Part shown: in pieces, positions 38,618 through 52,006 of the stretch | How positions within the stretch are numbered: position 1 is the first letter of the stretch | Layout: every line of letters starts with the position of its first letter | Source of the DNA: Laetmonice hystrix | Lineage: Eukaryota | DNA: 64,000 bases | Direction: 5' to 3' | Assembly: GCA_965235115.1 (NCBI GenBank) | Contig: OZ249441.1 | Coordinates: 31,496,001-31,560,000, forward strand | Translations under genes and position numbers: made by a program | The notes under the pieces: model-generated | Told to the model about the DNA's origin: nothing | Databases searched by the model: none | Seen by the model: the letters and a program-made list of their open reading frames with translations, nothing else

Positions 38618-40139
38618 GGTCAGACCAGGCAGGATACGTGCCAACCACTGGCAGCCATGTGCTAGCCGAGATAAGCAACAGTCAAAGGCTTGCTTAGCTT
38701 TTGGCCTGCCAGTGCTCAGCTCATATGCAGCCCAAGCTTCAAAAAGCCAGATGGCAAACATCAAAGGCAGACAGTGTACTGCCTGCGGTGAGAGCGCTCA
38801 CCCACAACGACTGTGACACTACGCCCGGAGGAAAAGAAAAAACTTGTGTTGATTGTCAGCCGTTACCTTAAACCTTCATCTGCACTGGACACCTGATCTT
38901 CCCTCCTATAGCCCCTTTGTGCCATAGTAATATGTCCAGCAGTCTGCTATTGATGCACCACGCCAGGAGAGACAAAAACATTATGATACGGCAGGTCATT
39001 AAGGGCTGGTCACAGGAGAGCGCCGAGCCAAGCAAACACAACATTAGGTTGCAAAGGTTGTAGCCTTGTGTGAATAATGGATCCCCGCCCTACATCCATG
39101 AATGAAGGAGTATCGATGTGCGACCGTCCTTGGTGCAATCTCAGTGATCGGGTCTCATCATCACAAGTGACCTTCCCTTCTCATTCCCTCGAAAACATCG
39201 AACCGATACGTGACACTGACGACATTACACGAGCTTAAAGGCCAAGACACAGTGACAGAGAAACTGACGACAACTGACATAAGCTCTCCCGCATTTTCTC
39301 TCAAAAAAACGTCAGTTTTGTTTTGAATAACACTGCTAGACCTATTTCACGAAAAGCAATGTAAATTCCAAACATGTATCACCATGACATAATACATTGT
39401 ACCAGCCTGGTCCTCTCTGCCAGCAGTGCCGTAGGCAGCCTAAACTTACTAGGGGCAGACCTTAGTTCAGCATGGCACCCTGACCATAAGAATTGCCAGT
39501 ATTACCTAAATCTAGATTAGGAATAAATATTGATAGAGGCACAAAGGAGGACATAATATGTAATACTCATTCTCTTCTGTTTCTGGATCGCAGAGATGAT
39601 TAAATTAGAAAATAGTTTCATTCGTAATACAACCTTACTAGATGCATTTAACCTTGGCGAAAATAAGATAAGCAAGCTCTAATTGTAACATGCATCAATG
39701 TATGGGTATTAGTGTTGGGAAAGCGCCTAATGTTCTGCGCTGGTGCAGGTGTCTACATGCATGGCACAGAGCTACTGTTGAAAGCTGTGCTTGCTTGTAA
39801 GCGACGTCTGTATCTGGTGTCTTCAGGGAGAAGCTGACCTTAGCTGGTTACCGGTCGACTGTGTCGCTGTAGCTTACAGATGAGCACCACTTAGGTAGTG
39901 TTGATACAGGCCTAGTCCATTTCGGCCAATGACCACATAGAGTAGCAAAGGACCCTCCACTTCATAATACTTTGGTCCTGATGCTGCCCAACATCAATAG
40001 CTGGGGGATTGGATGAAAACTCGGATAGGCGTTGGGATTTCTCCGAACGCAAACCAATTACAAGTACAGTCTGGATCTTGTGAGCCTGGCCGTCTGAGCG
40101 TGTCAGCTTCCCATGATATATTCCGTAAGTACATTTACA

Positions 40140-40320
40140 ACACAACACTTGGATATTGGGGACTGTCATACAGGCTCTTCTATCATCCTACCTCTGGACG
40201 TATCACATGAAACCTTGGACCGTTTCACCATCCGCTCAACACCTGACATTGGACCAACTGTCCTACATCAACAGATCCCATGTTAATGCTTTCATATCCG
40301 CAGTTATTTGGTACGTTTGT
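40140..40320 (+). mobile_element. Possible decayed L2-like RT fragment
   Basis: GSSIILPLDVSHETLD (LLDLSAAFD-like) and, in another frame, LDQLSYINRSHV (SYL.NRSQ.V-like). Confidence 0.25.
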
Positions 40321-43300
40321 CTTTCCCACTGCAAAATACTTTCAAGTGACGGCATCATCTTATAACTGATATCCTGCTCAGTGATAGCAAGTCTGGTGAT
40401 TTCATGTCATGTCCGTTTAAAATCAGCTGCGACCTGGGAATAAAAGAATCTGACTTCTATGCCAATGTTGTGAGCCCTAAGAGTCAGAAACGTCTGCAAT
40501 GTCGAGCCACACCACACCCTGATTAAAGGAATTTCTTATCGCATTCTGACGACTGTCTGACTTTTTTGTTGTTGGATTTTTGTGCGTTTTCACCATTCTT
40601 ATGACCTTTGACACAAGAATAATACTCTTCTTTTTGTGAAATGCTGGTGGACTTGATTAGTATTAGATGAAGCTTGCAATTGTGCAGTGGCGAACGTGAC
40701 GATATTTCCGGCCCAGGGAACAGTTAGGACTGAAGGTGAGGTGTCGAGTCTGGCTTGCATGCCCACATGACCCGCCGAACTACACCGGCAGCCGCCCCTT
40801 TGCAGGCTAGCTCCCTGGTGACGTGGTCTCTCGGCTTCATTCAGACAACTGTAAACTGCTTCCGTCCAGTTTGATTCAGTTGTTCTATGAAGTCCAATCC
40901 ATCTATGACTTCTGTTGCGGCTGTCATTCCTCTGGGGACTGACCGTGAAAGAACCCTGGACAACATCAATTCGACTGACCCAATCTTCTTCCAAAGCATT
41001 TCACAGCAGGTCAGTGGAAGGCTGCTGTGAGCGAGACCATTATCAACGTTGTCAGAAAGGTAGTGGCGGAGACTTCCAATATCCCAGTTTCCCCAAACCA
41101 GATTTTGTAAGAATTCTATACAGATTCAGCAATTGCCACAAAAGAAGTGGAGGCAATTCGAAGGTATTTGTTTCGTCTCCATATAACGCACTGTAGTGAA
41201 CAATGCTGGGGCATATTACTTGCTATGCTACAGGCATCGAAGCAGTCTTCATTACCTGCAAGATCACCCAAAACAAAAGGCAGGGTTCGTATTTTGTTGT
41301 GTGTTCGTGTCAAGTGTGTGAGAGATTTTATTTAAAGTCAGTGGGCCACAGGCACAACACAGTTTTGGACGGAGAGGGTGCGCTAACATTCCAGTTGGCA
41401 CGTTTATCAGAGTGGCCCCGAAGGTCACCCACCCAAACCCCCTGGAGATGTTATCCGGGACCATCCTCCCGTATCCCATTAAACGCTTAAAAGGATTGCA
41501 TTCCTCGATTTCTATAAGAACCATGTTTTGGTACCAGGTTTTCTATCTACGAAATACCAGGTGGGAGAACATCTAAAATTAACTGCTGAAAATTGAGGTT
41601 TGGGTCGCCCATCATATGTTGCTATCCATCTTTTAAAAAAAGCTTACCAGGATCGCCCGGTAAGTGACACTGCAAGCCTGCATTTGGTCTATACAATCTT
41701 GTTGACATCACAATCTGTACCGTGTATAGTCTATCTTTTCAAACTAAACTTCTGTCTAATTCCATGCCTATTACTGGCTCTCACTTCCAAGATATCGCTT
41801 GGTGTCCACAGGCCTAACCTGGAAACCCCAAGCTGAGAGCGTGCAAGGATTTAGGTTAATATCCAATACAACCGGCGCCAACCGAACCTGAAGGATCATT
41901 GCGGAGGCTATAGATCCTCCCACATTATCGCCCCCAATTGTCTGATCCCTTGACAGCGTCCCTTTATCCCACGCCAACCATACTGCAACCCACATCATGA
42001 ATCACATCAAGTCAAACGGTGTGAAATCAGGCCACTGCCCGGATCGCAATCTATTCTACATCCAAAAATATCGATCCACATATACAGGGCGTCATTTCGA
42101 ACAACATGCCTGATTGGGGACCAGTTGACCAGATGGAATTAACTCACCCAATCAGGACGACCTTGAAGCCAAAATTAAGACCTGCCGTTCCTTTTAAGAC
42201 GAGTGAAATGCTCCGACAAATTATAAGGTGCGCCAGCGTTGGGTCCGCCACGTGATGCAATTACAGGTGCACTCGCCCTGATGGTGTGAGACGAGATCAA
42301 GTCAAGCCAAGCGAAGATCACTTAATGGCTATGTCCTTCATTTCTGTGCCACGGAAAATTGAGAAATTAGAACCCTTCACGCCACTTGTTTCCACTACGA
42401 CCTCTCATCCCATCCCAGAACGGATTCCACTGACCTTCACAACTGACACCTGAAGACGCCTGATAGCCCTCTTTCCCCTCTGGCTATAATTAGTAACATG
42501 GTTGCCATAGTAACCCATGGAGCCGGTGAACATTGTCAGTGCCATCTTCCTTTTCCCCCAGGCTATCTGTCTGGATACGGGCCTAACCTCGGCGTGTGTG
42601 GAAGCCGACCTAGCAGCATAAAATGGCATCTCAGGCCAAGGAGACACCATGCCCCTTCACCAGCGTTGCCCGCATTCCACACTCTAATGACCGACACCAT
42701 AAGACGGGCAATAATGATTGGTTGGCCTGCGTACTAGGCATTAATTTTAATGAAACAATATGATGCTTATTATTAGTAGGATATTATTAACATATATGGC
42801 AGCAAGATATTATCCACGGTACAAAAGCAGCCTGATAGATATTAACAGATTACACGCCAATACGCAAGGTGGAGAACATGGAGACCGGTGAGAGTGATGG
42901 TTAGAACGGTAGGACGGGTTGAAAGTAGAGTTGGGGTGAGCAGGACGGGGGTGGGGTAGGGTAAACCCCCACCCCCACCGGCAGATCGGTGTTTACACGA
43001 CTGGTCACCTGGAAGCATGCACCATGGGTGTGCACACAAAGACCAGAGAAGCTTCAAAAGAAACCAATCAAGTCGCAGCCGTTCACATCATGAAGCTCCA
43101 TTAATCACTTCATGTTTCAGCGCCAGGCCAGATATCTGGAGATGTTCTCTCCGCCAGCTCTTTCTGCTCCATCTATGAAGTACGTCCCGGGGGGATGTGC
43201 AGGGTAAGACCAGGCACGGTACCACACGAAAGGTCCAGCTATCATCAGACCGCTCCCGATCGTGCCCCACAATCACCTCCCTAACGGGGTTCCTAACACA

Positions 43301-44121
43301 CGGTTTGCAGGTCAAGCTTCGGTCATCTGAATGCCATCAAATTACAAAACATCATCTTCTGACCGCAATGTGCCCACATCAATGATTTCTAGATATCAAG
43401 GCACTGGATGATGCGGCGAAAGGGCTTCGCCTCATTGCCATAAAGTTGGTGTTCACGACATGAAAAGGCCCTATATATTTTCACTTTGCTACCTTATCAG
43501 GCGCCACTGCCTAAACTCCAGCCAGGCTGCGCATCTCAAGGTGCCAGACCAAAATTGTGATAACCGATATAGGCCAAGGGAACATATCGCACCCCATTAA
43601 TCACCTTGACAGGCCTGAAAGCCGGAGGCGTCAGCACCAAATCTACACTAGGTAATCTGCATAAGCCAATAATGTCCCTCCTTGAGATGCTGAGAGAGGC
43701 GGCTGCCGCTCTTATTCAATGATGCACCGGCACAAGGACCGGTAAGACACACTTCCTTCGTTAAACAATTTGGTCGTAAAACCACACCCCTCCGGCTGGC
43801 CACAAACTGGAACATGTTGCCACCCTCTGGGCAGGTCAGTGTCGAGCCTACTTTTATTCAACACCCTATCGTAGGAGCTCTAAATGGCTTCGCTGACCAT
43901 TCTTAGCTTCTTAACACAGAATCAAAAAAATACCGCAATACATATTTACTTGGCTTTTCCTTCCTGGCCAAGATATTTGGTTTACTTTGAGGTTTGAAAC
44001 AAACGGAGAATGAAAGATAAAAGGCCTAGATGATAACAGTTTGAAAGAAACACTGGTTACAACTGATGTGATGCACATGCTGAGCACTATACCCCGGTGC
44101 GTTCTGCAGAAACTGACTTAA

Positions 44122-44693
44122 AGGGAAATGTGAGTGTTCGAATCCACCACTAGAATTTTCAAAATATTTTTATGGGGGATAGCCTTTGTCCTTAGGAGTA
44201 CAAAGAAACAAAAAAAATCATATGTCACCGAATTAATTTTTTTTATACAGGCCTCCGTAAAAAATTGGTCTTTACTATAGGTTTCAATGGGGAAAACAGG
44301 ATTTTTCAAACATTTTGACTAATAGTTAAAAAATGACCACCAATTTTCTCCTGAAACTCGGTGACAAGATAAAGTGGATCAAGACTAATAGTTTAAAACA
44401 AAAAAAATTGGGGGTCACCGAATCAACAAAAAAGTTACAGCCTGCCAAACAGTCAGTGCCTTGGTAAAACACGGGTCTTAACTATAGCATTCAATGGAGT
44501 AGACAGGTTCTGGCACACAATTTGGTTCAGTGTTTAAAAAATACTACTGATTTCCAGATCAACCTAGTTGACTGCATAAATAAGCCAAACAGTTTTCTTT
44601 TAAAGCTCACTACGCGGCGCTTTGAATACTCACATTTTCCCCGTGGTACCAACGCGGCTCACTAGGTGGCGCTTTGAACACTCACATTTCCCT
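44122..44693. mobile_element. 572-bp non-autonomous Kolobok-like element
   Basis: TTAA at 44118-44121 and 44694-44697. Perfect 18-bp TIR AGGGAAATGTGAGTGTTC / GAACACTCACATTTCCCT. Internal imperfect direct repeat (GTCACCGAAT...CTATAG..TTCAATGG..ACAGG twice) and a duplicated right end (44608-44642). Confidence 0.88.
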
Positions 44694-45319
44694 TTAAAGG
44701 CTCATATCTATGCAGATCTCCCACACTTACACGTTAACAAATCTTGACGTGCCACCATGTGGTTCGTTCACTCCCACACCTACATGTTGAGAAACCACCA
44801 CCCGGCAGTCTTCAAGGATCAATCAATGACCTGCGAGATCACGTTTATGGCACCATTAGCGGATGGTTACCTGGACATTTGCCCCAAGTCCCGCCCCAGT
44901 GAATTGCTGGAACGATTGCTCTTGGCTAAGCAAAAAGAGATTTTGTCCACAAATTGTCCGTCTTATCAGATGGGTACATACTAAGTCTACATTGACACGT
45001 ATGTTGGCTTGCTGAGCCCCGACCATATAAGCAAAACGAATGACCTCTAGAGCCACGTTTTCACATCAATTCTGGAGGGCCCCTAATCACTGTGGAGTGC
45101 ATAATTTCTAATTCAGAAAAGTCTATTTCTAGCAGCACATTTGTTTTCATTAGGGTTGTCGTTACAAGATCTGTACGGTCAATTGCCGAATAAAGAAAAA
45201 AACTACAATCGGCAAAGCAATACTAGCAGAAGTTCTGTTGCTTTTTTCGATGTAGGCCTACTGTGCCGTGCTGATTACTTCAATCTTTCTAGGACTGATG
45301 ATAACGGATGATAAGACAT

Positions 45320-45680
45320 CACAAAGATGTCCTAAATATTAATTTGATACAATGTTCAATGTTCCAAAAGAAAACTGATTCCTTGTTGAAAACACTCGCC
45401 AAGCCATGCCCGGGTTATAATCCATTTAAATCTACAGTAAGCATTGCATGCTGTACTTCAGTAGTGCGGTCAGACTTCAAAGAACCATATTACAGAATCA
45501 CAAGCGCAACCCCCGCCCTTTGGGTTGAAAATACAGGTATTACCTGTCCTTCGAAATGGCCATGCTCCCCCTTCAAAATCCTGGTCCGATCCCCTATCCC
45601 CACTCCCTTATGTACGTTACTCAATACAAATGTCGATGGTAGTGAATCCCTTTATCTATAAGCACCCTTTTGTGAGAATT
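45320..45680 (-). mobile_element. Possible decayed APE endonuclease of a LINE
   Basis: IDICIE*RT (DI.CLQET-like), FST.RAGVALVI (GVAIL-like), LTVDLNGL*P (NVY.P-like) and YLGHL.DVL (GDFN-like), in order over frameshifts. Confidence 0.28.
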
Positions 45681-48600
45681 AAAATGAGGCTGGATTTGTA
45701 GCGGTCATTTTGCCAGGGTATAATTCAGCATCATTCCCAAGTCAAACCAGTCAGACTGTATGCCAATAGCGTGTGGGTCGATATGTAGCCAAGTCAGCTT
45801 GTTGTTATAGATTTTCCTCCCCTGAATTTGAGAGTACTCTATTGCCACCTTGGTATGCACTGCCCTCTGCCAGGGTGTGGCATGTTTGGGTATCACCCGA
45901 CATGGACATCACCCCATCCCCTAGCTGTTTATTCCCACCCCTCTGACCATGTAATTTGCCCCTCAGGATATGTAAATCACCCCTTTCTAGACCATGTGCC
46001 ACTTACGACAGGTAGTGGGCTACAATCACGCCATTTCACGGTTGATTGTTGGTAGAATTGTCATCATTATGCCGCCTTTGATTTCCAATGCAGCACGTGC
46101 GCGCGGCCATGACAATGGCATGGTGTGATGAAGCGGATCTGGCGGCGATCTGAAAGCAGACAAACGAGCAGCCGAAACGACCATCCGGCTAATGATTGGT
46201 GGCGTCTGGGAGGAGCTTGCCAGTCAGCCGCCCGGCCTGGCCAAGCCGAGGTGTGCACTTGTTGGCTTAATCCTGCCGACAAGGGCTGGTTGGAATGTCA
46301 CCAAGCCAATTAATGAGTGTTAAAATTCAGGTCATCTAGTAGTATTGCTGACCGTTCTGCAAACAACTATGGCAGCTCTTGTCACCACGGAAACAAAGTG
46401 ATTGAATTAGTTGGCCCCTCGTGCCTCTCGCATTGAGATTCTCTTCTTGTGACCCTCCATAATTTCAATTACATTGTAATTTATTTCAAATGGTGTCCGT
46501 TATAATTATGCCTCATGGCCGTATCCTTTCCCCCTCTTATACCCCTCTCTGCTCTCTTAATGAATGTTGTACTGAGATAAATAATGGCCCTATACTTTCA
46601 TATTACAGAGGAACATTTTAACTAATGCTCATTTAGCTTCCCTTAACAAATATAAATGACCATACCATTTGCCCTAATGAAAATATGAAATTCTATGCTA
46701 GCTCATTTTTCTTAGTCATTAGCCGAGAATAATTTTATTCAGCACAATCAGCAATGTAAGATTTGGCCTGCAGTGAATGTCCACTTCCATTACAAAGTAA
46801 CAAGGTATAGAGATTATGTGTTACCTTACTAGTACGATAGTAAAGACCTCCATAGATAATTTTACCAACGATTCCCACGGTTACCTTGACATTGGTTTCA
46901 CAACACCGCTTTTTATATACTACTCACTTGAAGCCCGCAGCAGTTTGTTGCATAGTAGTGTATGGAAATGGGACTTATTCTCAGGCTCCTGAATCACTCC
47001 TGGGTAAAGCTTTCCATTAGACACGACCCCCTGAGACTTACATTCTACGCATATACATGACCAAGTCCATCGTTTAAACCTTTGAGATGTCACACAGGCA
47101 GAAATCGGTTGACCCATTGACAACACGCAGCATTAAACATGGGCTGTAGGTATAACATTCACAACGACTGATTCACTCAAACCGTCCAGTTCTGATTTAA
47201 TGAGCTTTGACCACTGCTGCGTGGGAGGACCTGTGAATGCTGATACCACATGGGCCTCATGTGTTTTTCATGCATCGCTATCCTAATGGTTGACCTAGTG
47301 ATACGGGTACTGGGCGTTAACCCTTCCTACAACCCGCTGCACTTCCTGAATGGAGTCAATTGGTATGGTGGGGTGGCAGTGCACGGGCGGGGGAGATATG
47401 GAATGAACGTACGGATGATCACTATGATACATGATATCACTGTGCCTGTAAATGCCCACCCAACTCGTAATTTGTCTCCACCAAAGTACCAACCAGCACG
47501 GTGGGATGAAAGCCTACCAGCAGACCCCTTTTAGATGAGCGCACCATTGAGGTTCGAGCTTACAAATGAGGATGCCAAATAGCGATTATTTGAGCCGGTG
47601 ACTGTGAATGAAGCAGGAACCTGATTTCCCTCCTTCACAAATATCTGTGTTTATGCTCCATACATCTAAACCCATCCCACAGGAAACGCCGCCCTCCCTG
47701 TCCCTCTCAGATACTGCCTCGTACCTCTTGGAGACAGGAAAACGTGATACGAATGAGGAAACTCACTCCAATAGAACCGTGCATAATCATTCCGGATCCT
47801 CTCAGGCTCTGCGCTACATTTCCTGTCATTGCAGAGCTCGGAACAAAACACTTCTTGGATGCGAAATATGAAGTATTTACAGGTCAATATTGAATTAATT
47901 CATTATGGAAAATAACCGGGATAAGGTTAGAATGTCCCTAATTTTATCTGATTAATAATAATATTATTACAGAAATTGTTCGCCTTTTGAAACGTGATTA
48001 TCATATTTGACAGACTGACAGATAGTACATTGAATAAGCTAGTTTGAATATCGCATATTAAAGGGATGTTGATATTCTCTATAGACACTAATTCAAGAGT
48101 TTCTGTAAAACTTCACATATGCTAAACAAGCCGGTTTCCTGAGGTCAGATTGAAACATTCGTACCCTGATTTTACACTGCTATTATCACTGATACCATAG
48201 AAAACATGCCGAAGTCCTTGGCTGCCGCCTCAAGGTGCCATTCCTATCAAGGTCAACAAAGATCAGCGTCTCTACCCCACACGTATCTAACCAATGTCTG
48301 CAATAGTTTCTGACGTGAATTCCTGCCATTCGGTCACGATCGTACAGCTACTGAGAGAAAGATACAAGTGAGCAATGTCACTTTACTTAGCCGTCTTATG
48401 AGGCGATATAAGACATTCCATGATTCTGATGGATCTTGCGTGTACTGGGGTACAGTATCCTTACATTTTATACAAACGGGAAATTTATCTGACAACCATT
48501 GTGTACAAGTATGAAACTAAACTAGGTCTGACCAGTTTTGTTTTATATGCAAAATGTTAACATCCAAAAGCCCAAATGATAAAGCTACGAAAAAGGTTAG

Positions 48601-49769
48601 TCAGGAGACACAATTTCTTAATCGGTAAGGCAATGCTTATTCCGTTATTTTATCCCAAGTCAACAGATAACATGTAATCTAATCAAACCATTAACTTCAT
48701 GAAGGAAATCATGCACACCGTAAGTGTTATGGATTGTTAGACAGAATGATCTACCATGAACAATCTTGGTTTGACCTATGGTGACATGGTGCTCTCTACA
48801 CGTGCGGGTACACACCAATGTTGATTCCATCCTGCTAACTAGGTTAATGAAAGTTAAGAACTCTTCCCTCATGACCTTGCATGGTAATCTACACAAAACA
48901 CCGCTCCGCTTTATGTGGTGACTGACGTCTTGACAGTGACAGGGACCGACCACGCCGACAACCTACTCACGCTTGGTCAACATCACCCTACACGTTCCCG
49001 TGAGCCCAGCCGTATAGTACAGGTCTAGTGTACCCAAACATGTCGTATGAGGTCATATACTGGGCCATTTTTCTTGTTTGTCTTCTCTACCCCCACCCCC
49101 ACCCGCAATCATCCTCCTAGTCCTGTGGGTATGGTAGAACAAACGTCCAGAGTGTCAGTGTACGTGCACTGAGCGGTAGCAATGCCAACATCAGTTGGCG
49201 AGCAGTAATCATCTCCCACATGATACCCTGACATGTAATGGTCACTTTACTGACCACCATTGTTTTTATTTGTTCCTGCTGCCAGCAAGGCCCAGGGACA
49301 AACATCGATCAGCGGCAAGCGCACGCCTTGATTCCGTGCCAGCTGGTTTTTGATGAAATACCCCAGGCAGCGTTCCCATTTAGCATTCAGTGGCTGCAGC
49401 ACAATACATCATCACAGCCACAGCCATGCCAAGATCATTCCCGAGTTCCTCTACGGTAGCACGTTCTTCCACACAGAAACCTCATTAGCTACTTTGGTTA
49501 TAGCTACAATACAACATATGAGAAGAAAAGCTATCGGGCGCCAGGAAGCTTTACTTTTTACCACCTATTAATTATTCATCTTCCCTTTCCTTTCTGTGAA
49601 TTTCCACTGCTTTCTACTTTGGTCGACTACTGCCTATATAAAATACTTCTATTTTTATGCTGTATAAACAGACCATCCGCCCAGTCCTTAAAATATTCGA
49701 GAAAAATGCAATCTTGGAGGAATCTCCCGTATTAAAATAAATGAGATTGCAGATGAAATCGGAAGATAA

Positions 49770-50350
49770 ATGGCGCACGGTCGGGTTTCCGCGCTGAACA
49801 TTACAGAGGCAGTACCACCAAAAGTAGAACGCGTACTGATTGACGCTGTAAACCGCCCAGCTTGTGGTGTCAGGGAAATATGTGGTGAGGGCGACAAGAA
49901 ACCCATGACTGTCTGCCACACAGCTCTCTCACCAGGTGCCATATTCATGGGTCATGAATACATATGGTACGTGACCTGCCGGTGCAGATGGCACCCTGTC
50001 ATTATGTACGATATGACCGACAAATCTGGTAATCTGGGCAGTTGATGAGGTCGGTGTTCGGAGTGCGGTATCCTGGGAACGTGGTAGGATTGTGACAATC
50101 CGCGATTATAGCGCTGGTCTAGAGAGTGCAAGCCGAGAGGTGTGTTGCCCTAAGAGTACTCTAACCTGCCGCCTCTGCACCGACAGAGACAAGGACAGGT
50201 AGGCCCCACGTGTCCAAGTGTGTGCTGGGTGTGGCAGTAAACACCTTTTGCCACCTGGGGTCTATCGATAACGTCCCTTTCAAGGCTTCGACTAGAACGC
50301 GCACCTGCTTTTGTAAGGGAAACAATCTATTATTGCCGGTTTGCCAGACC
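49770..50350 (+). mobile_element. Decayed RTE-clade-like LINE RT fragment
   Basis: AVPPKVERVL, CGVRE...LSP..IF, DL..ADGTLSL, AVDEVGVR, AVNTFCHLGSI (V..F.YLGS.I) in RTE order, with two frameshifts. Confidence 0.42.
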
Positions 50351-50788
50351 GTGAGTGACAACGTCTGTACCAAGGGGATTGTTCACGCTTCTCCTTGTAA
50401 TTTAAACTACACATTTCCACGTGTACACCATCCCAGAAAAGTAACGAGTATCTCCATTTGAAATATACCAGTATTCTTTTAAGAATACTGGTATATTTCA
50501 AATGGTGATACTCGTTTAAAAAACATTTCCAGCAGTTCATTTTCTCTGAAAGGGGCTTCTTGGCCATATTACTACAGAGTACCCTACTATTTATCTTGTG
50601 TCAGGTGCACGGATCAGCACGTTAGAAGGATAGCCAAAATGTCGTGCAAGTGCAACTCGAGTACCTTCAACTTATGTAAATGGTACCACAACAGGGGTGT
50701 GTGGACCTGCGTTTGATAAATTATAGATAACAAGGAATTTTACATGGCAGTGATAATAATGATAAGCCGATAACAAAAAAACTGTCAA

Positions 50789-50823
50789 GAATGATCTGGA
50801 AACTAGGAATGATCTGAAAACTG
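50789..50823. repeat. 18-bp-period tandem duplication
   Basis: GAATGATCTG(G/A)AAACT x2. Confidence 0.8.
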
Positions 50824-51941
50824 ACGGGTTGCCTGCCTTTGCGTCCGCTGGCCGGCTGACAAGTGGGGGTGGACAAACAGACCTAGGTTGTCAACCACTT
50901 CCCAATCAGAGTGCACGAAAACCGTGTGATCTACCTCCGTCCCCATCCCAATGTGTCTGTTGTCACCATACTCTGACGTTCACAAGGTTCGTGTCACTGA
51001 AGCATGTCTCCAACCCAGAGCCGCCCTTCCAATACCCATCACATGCAGAGCTCCAGCACGGCCCAGATTTCATACCAACTGCACTCTCTGAGGCCGGGGA
51101 GAAGGATAATCTAAAAAAGCAAGAGCTTGCTCGTGTCCTCTCGGGGACAGTCTAGGCCAACACAAACTGCCTCCCCCATGGAAAACCATTACCCGTCCTC
51201 GTCAAGAATGGTTCTTTCAGTAATCTATCAATCCTTTGAAAACAGTTTCGCCCTAAATAAATCCACCCTTTTTCTTACCTTTCGAGCTCTGTACTATGGA
51301 AGTGTCATAAGAATTTCTCGTTATAATTTTGTTGTTGCAATAAATATTTGGAAACGGACAATATTGCAATATGTCTTTAATGGAGCTGGCTAACTTCGTT
51401 GTCTTTTTTGTGACATTTTTCTCAGAAATCATTAAGGATTTTTTCTTTCTAGAAATGATTTGAAAGAAATAGTGACGAAACAATGAAGGAATTTCTCAAC
51501 AATTTAGAACTGCGACACAGACAATATCTCATCCCAATAATGGACCTCTCTCAGAAACAAAAACGGGGACAAAGTGACCATTAATCAAGAAGAGTCTTTG
51601 AAATGAAACTAAAAAGGACATTCCTGGTCGTGTTCGGTTTTTCCTATGGCTTCAACACTATCCCAGAGAACGAGAGAGGACAGAACGAGTGGGCGAACTG
51701 TTTGCTCATCAGCCATGCTTCATCGGGCCACATTCCCGACAAATGGTTAAGATGCCTGCTTTACTCAGGCTGCTGTAGCACTTTGATGAATACTTAACGC
51801 GTCCCACACCTTCCTCCAAGCTGACCTCACACACAGACACAATGATAACCTATTCCCGCCGTTCCATCTCCCTGAAACATTGAACAGTGTTCATAAAGCC
51901 AGGTTTGGCTGTGCGTTGGTTCTCTTACTGTATGCCTGAGG

Positions 51942-52006
51942 TAGTGGCGTGAGGCGGCCGATCAGTACAGACTGCTGTACTAACACCGCACCGCCTCTCA
52001 CCATTC
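51942..52006. other. About 65-nt imperfect hairpin
   Basis: AGTACAG-actg-CTGTACT apical stem, plus GAGGCGG/CCGCCTC and further flanking pairs. Confidence 0.45.
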
